A stretch of DNA of 25,856 nt from Saprospiraceae bacterium (GTDB lineage Bacteria; Bacteroidota; Bacteroidia; Chitinophagales; Saprospiraceae): the NCBI GenBank assembly GCA_046597295.1, contig JBKJKS010000239.1, forward strand, positions 1-25,856. Reading direction: 5' to 3'. The position numbers and the translations under genes were made by a program. The number at the start of each line of letters is the position of its first letter. The first letter of the stretch is position 1. Shown here one piece after another: positions 23,245 through 25,856 of this stretch. The notes under the pieces were generated by a model. That model did not search any database and was not told where the DNA came from. It was given only the letters and a program-made list of their open reading frames with translations.

Positions 23245-23264
23245 TAGATTTTTGTTAAAATCTA
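23245..23264. promoter_or_regulatory. Operator-like inverted repeat in the obgE/LOG divergent region
   Basis: TAGATTTT-tgtt-AAAATCTA. Confidence 0.35.
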
Positions 23265-23366
23265 CCGCCAAATTTGGTGCTTCCAACGGGGTTGCCCGGC
23301 TGTTCCCTGCGGGAATAATGAAAACATTGTAGTTTGGCCCCTCCAAAACCGCTCATCGCCTTGACC

Positions 23367-24125
23367 ATGCAACAAGTAACGCCGCCTAAAAAACAACGCC
23401 TGTTCGACCCGAAGGAGCCCATTTTTCTGGAAGGCCCGCATGACCGGAGCTTCGAGCTATGGTATGCCCTGCAGGTGTTCTGGGAATTCGTGCGCGGTTT
23501 CCGGGCGCTGCACTTCGTCGGACCCTGTATCACGGTATTCGGGTCGGCGCGTTTCAAGGAAGGCCATCCGCACTACGAAGCCGCACGCGCCATCAGTGCA
23601 CGCATTTCGACCGACCTCGGCTTCACCATCATGACCGGCGGTGGTCCCGGCATTATGGAGGCGGCCAACCGGGGCGCCCGGGAAGCCGGCGGTCCTTCGG
23701 TCGGCTGCAATATCACCCTGCCCCACGAGCAATCCGCCAATCCCTACCTGGATAAGTACGTGAATATCCGCTACTTCTTCGTGCGCAAAATGCTGCTGAT
23801 CAAGTACTCCTACGCCTTCGTAATCCTGCCGGGCGGCTTTGGCACCATGGACGAGTTCTTTGAAATTTTGACATTGGTACAAACCGGCAAGGTCCACAAC
23901 TTCCCCATCGTGGTGATGGGTATGGACTACTACCAGCCGCTGCTGGACTATATCAAATTCATGGCTGAGCAAGGCACGATTTCGCCGCAGGACCTCGATC
24001 TGCTGCTGTTCACCGATGATACGGATGCCGCCCTGGAACATATCCGGCAGTTTGTCACGATCAATTACAAGGTGGTCAAGCGCCGGCGCCTGCGGCCTAT
24101 GTGGTGGCTGTTCGAACAGACCTGA
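23367..24125 (+). CDS. LOG-family nucleotide phosphoribohydrolase (Rossmann fold)
   Basis: Start reassigned to ATG 23367 (252 aa). Motifs TVFGSAR, TGGGPGIMEAANRGA, FFVRK, PGGFGTMDE. Confidence 0.92.
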   Translation: MQQVTPPKKQRLFDPKEPIFLEGPHDRSFELWYALQVFWEFVRGFRALHFVGPCITVFGSARFKEGHPHYEAARAISARISTDLGFTIMTGGGPGIMEAANRGAREAGGPSVGCNITLPHEQSANPYLDKYVNIRYFFVRKMLLIKYSYAFVILPGGFGTMDEFFEILTLVQTGKVHNFPIVVMGMDYYQPLLDYIKFMAEQGTISPQDLDLLLFTDDTDAALEHIRQFVTINYKVVKRRRLRPMWWLFEQT

Positions 24126-24138
24126 TAATCGTCGGGAC

Positions 24139-25521
24139 TCAGGTAAAGAGAGCCGATTTCAACTCTTCCACCTTGCCCAGCGTGTAAATGCGCAGGCCGA
24201 AGCGCTTGGTGTCGATGCCTTTCATGCCGTATTTGGACACGTAGATTTCCTTGAAGCCCAGGCGGTCCGCCTCGGTGATGCGCTGCTCCAGGCGGGTGAC
24301 GGCGCGAATCTCGCCGGACAGGCCTACCTCGCCGGCAAAGCAGACGTTCGACGGGATGCTCACATCCTGCAAAGAGGAGATGAGCGAGGCGACAATGGCC
24401 AGGTCGATGGCCGGGTCTTCCACGCGGATGCCGCCGGCGAGGTTGAGAAAAACGTCGTTCATGCTGAAAAAATAGCCGCAACGCTTTTCCAGCACGGCCA
24501 GCAGCATTTGCAGGCGGCGCATATCGAAGCCGGTGGCCGAGCGCTGCGGCGTACCGTACACCGATTTGCTGACCAGCGCCTGGGTTTCGATCAGCATGGG
24601 CCGCAGGCCTTCCATGGTGGCGGCCACCGCGCAACCGCTCAACTCCTCGTCTTTCTGACTCAGCAGCAGTTCCGAGGGATTGCTCACCTCCCGCAGGCCG
24701 GCGGCCTGCATTTCGTAAATGCCCATTTCATCGGTGCTGCCGAAGCGGTTCTTGAGCGTGCGCAGGATGCGGTAGGTGTTGTGCCGGTCGCCTTCGAACT
24801 GCAGGACGCAGTCGACAATATGTTCCAGCAATTTTGGTCCGGCGATCTCGCCTTCCTTGTTAATATGACCAATCAGAAAAATGGGGATGTTGGTCTCTTT
24901 GGCAAAGCGCAGCAGTTCGCCGGCGCATTCGCGGACCTGAGCGATGCCCCCCGGCGCGCTGTCCAGGTGCGGTGTGTTCATGGTCTGGATAGAGTCCACG
25001 ATGATCAGCTGCGGCTGCAGTTCCTGCGCCTGCTGCAGCACTTTGGTGGTGTTGGTCTCGGTCAGGATATAGCATTCGCTGGCAAAAACGCCTACCCGGT
25101 CGGCGCGCATCTTGATCTGTTCCTCGCTCTCTTCCCCGCTGACGTAGAGTATCCTGGCGGGTAGCTGCATGGCTACCTGCAGCAGCAGCGTGCTCTTACC
25201 GATGCCCGGCTGACCACCGATGAGCACCAGCGATCCCGGTACGATGCCGCCGCCCAGCACCCGGTTCAGTTCCTGGTCGGGCGTCGCCATGCGCATGGTG
25301 TGGCCGGTCTGAATGTGCTTGAGCGGTACGGCCTTGGGCGAGTCCGATTTGCCGTTGCCGGATGGGGCCCAGGACCGCCGTTTCTCCTCGCTGGCGGTCT
25401 CCTTCTGGATCAGCTCTTCCTGGTAGGTGTTCCATTCGTTGCAATGCGGGCACTTACCGATCCATTTCGGAGCGGAGGCCCCGCAGCTGGAGCAGAAATA
25501 GATGGTACGCGCTTTGGCCAT
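24139..25521 (-). CDS. radA: DNA repair protein RadA/Sms
   Basis: Start ATG 25521 (460 aa). C4 zinc finger CSSCG...CPHC, Walker A GQPGIGKST, Walker B IIVDSIQ, KNRFG signature, Lon-like C-terminal GEVGLSGEIR. Confidence 0.97.
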   Translation of the reverse strand: MAKARTIYFCSSCGASAPKWIGKCPHCNEWNTYQEELIQKETASEEKRRSWAPSGNGKSDSPKAVPLKHIQTGHTMRMATPDQELNRVLGGGIVPGSLVLIGGQPGIGKSTLLLQVAMQLPARILYVSGEESEEQIKMRADRVGVFASECYILTETNTTKVLQQAQELQPQLIIVDSIQTMNTPHLDSAPGGIAQVRECAGELLRFAKETNIPIFLIGHINKEGEIAGPKLLEHIVDCVLQFEGDRHNTYRILRTLKNRFGSTDEMGIYEMQAAGLREVSNPSELLLSQKDEELSGCAVAATMEGLRPMLIETQALVSKSVYGTPQRSATGFDMRRLQMLLAVLEKRCGYFFSMNDVFLNLAGGIRVEDPAIDLAIVASLISSLQDVSIPSNVCFAGEVGLSGEIRAVTRLEQRITEADRLGFKEIYVSKYGMKGIDTKRFGLRIYTLGKVEELKSALFT

Positions 25522-25531
25522 AGGGGGCAAA

Positions 25532-25564
25532 TTGTTTTAAAAAGTTGAACGTTTTTTAAAACAA
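25532..25564. promoter_or_regulatory. AT-rich 12-bp inverted repeat just upstream of radA
   Basis: TTGTTTTAAAAA (25532-25543), 9-nt spacer, TTTTTAAAACAA (25553-25564); begins 10 nt upstream of the ATG. Confidence 0.4.
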
Positions 25565-25628
25565 AAAGTTTTTATTTAATAAATTCAGGCGGATATGAGT
25601 CCCGTTCCAACCGCTTTCTGTCATTTTT

Positions 25629-25856
25629 TTAAAAGAACAGTGCATTGGAAAACAGCACCTTACCCTCCTGCCAGAAACTGCGGAACAGTGGATTGTCGAC
25701 GAAATAAACCACGTGTCCCTGCCCCATTCGTTGAATAGCGGCGACCGGCGTTTTTTTCAACCGCGGTTTCACCCGGCTGCCGATGAAGCCGTAGGACTGG
25801 TACTGGTCATCCAGGTACACGGCCGCCGATAATTTATCGGACATTTCGTAGCTGTC
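25629..25856 (-). CDS. 3' end of a gene running in from the right edge; probably a Bacteroidota M14-family zinc carboxypeptidase
   Basis: Open frame from the window edge: DSYEMSDK...GQGHVVYFVDNPLFRSFWQEGKVLFSNALFF-stop. This matches the recalled C-terminal GxGxVxxFxDNPxFRxFW...LFxNAxFF pattern. The catalytic domain is not visible. Confidence 0.6.
   Translation of the reverse strand, partial: DSYEMSDKLSAAVYLDDQYQSYGFIGSRVKPRLKKTPVAAIQRMGQGHVVYFVDNPLFRSFWQEGKVLFSNALFF

Noticed and set aside
4176-23258. TGTTAA hexamer recurring in five intergenic regions (4176, 11656, 21712, 23159, 23253)
   Set aside because: It also occurs inside CDSs (pckA, PKD protein, radA), and the intergenic DNA is AT-rich, so enrichment cannot be claimed without a background model.
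23367-24125. 'Lysine decarboxylase' or cytokinin-synthesis interpretation of the LOG protein
   Set aside because: Lysine decarboxylase is a known misannotation of this family. The motifs support only a phosphoribohydrolase, and substrate or cytokinin output cannot be read from sequence.
24126-24138. Convergent LOG and radA stops 13 bp apart with no terminator
   Set aside because: A common arrangement; no additional structure seen.

Overview
Mostly core-genome window of a fairly GC-rich Bacteroidota bacterium, probably Saprospirales-like. The assignment rests on PorZ, TAnnTTTG -7 promoter boxes, and signal peptides that leave Gln at +1. Gene order: 3' end of a probable recA (+), dtd (-), stand-alone RND permease (+), DUF4197 protein (+), pckA (-), then a divergent four-gene module [TPR-CHAT caspase-like protease (-), PKD/DUF7619-like membrane-anchored protein (-) <> ECF sigma (+), TM anti-sigma with TPR-like periplasmic domain (+)]. 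Next come a 630-bp intergenic region rich in structure, a polytopic patatin-like phospholipase, a TMTC-like GT-C/TPR glycosyltransferase, gcvT, porZ and a 79-aa anti-sigma-domain-like protein (all +). The window ends with obgE (-), a LOG-family protein (+), radA (-) and the 3' end of a probable M14 peptidase (-). The best candidate for an uncharacterised system is the CHAT/PKD/ECF/anti-sigma module, which looks like a CRISPR-independent, periplasmic, caspase-gated ECF signalling switch. Also notable: two candidate minus-strand ncRNAs (one 6S-like), a GGGG array with exact 14-nt periodicity, and several large intergenic palindromes. No tRNA, rRNA, CRISPR array or transposase was seen. All family calls come from motif recognition by eye, not from database searches.
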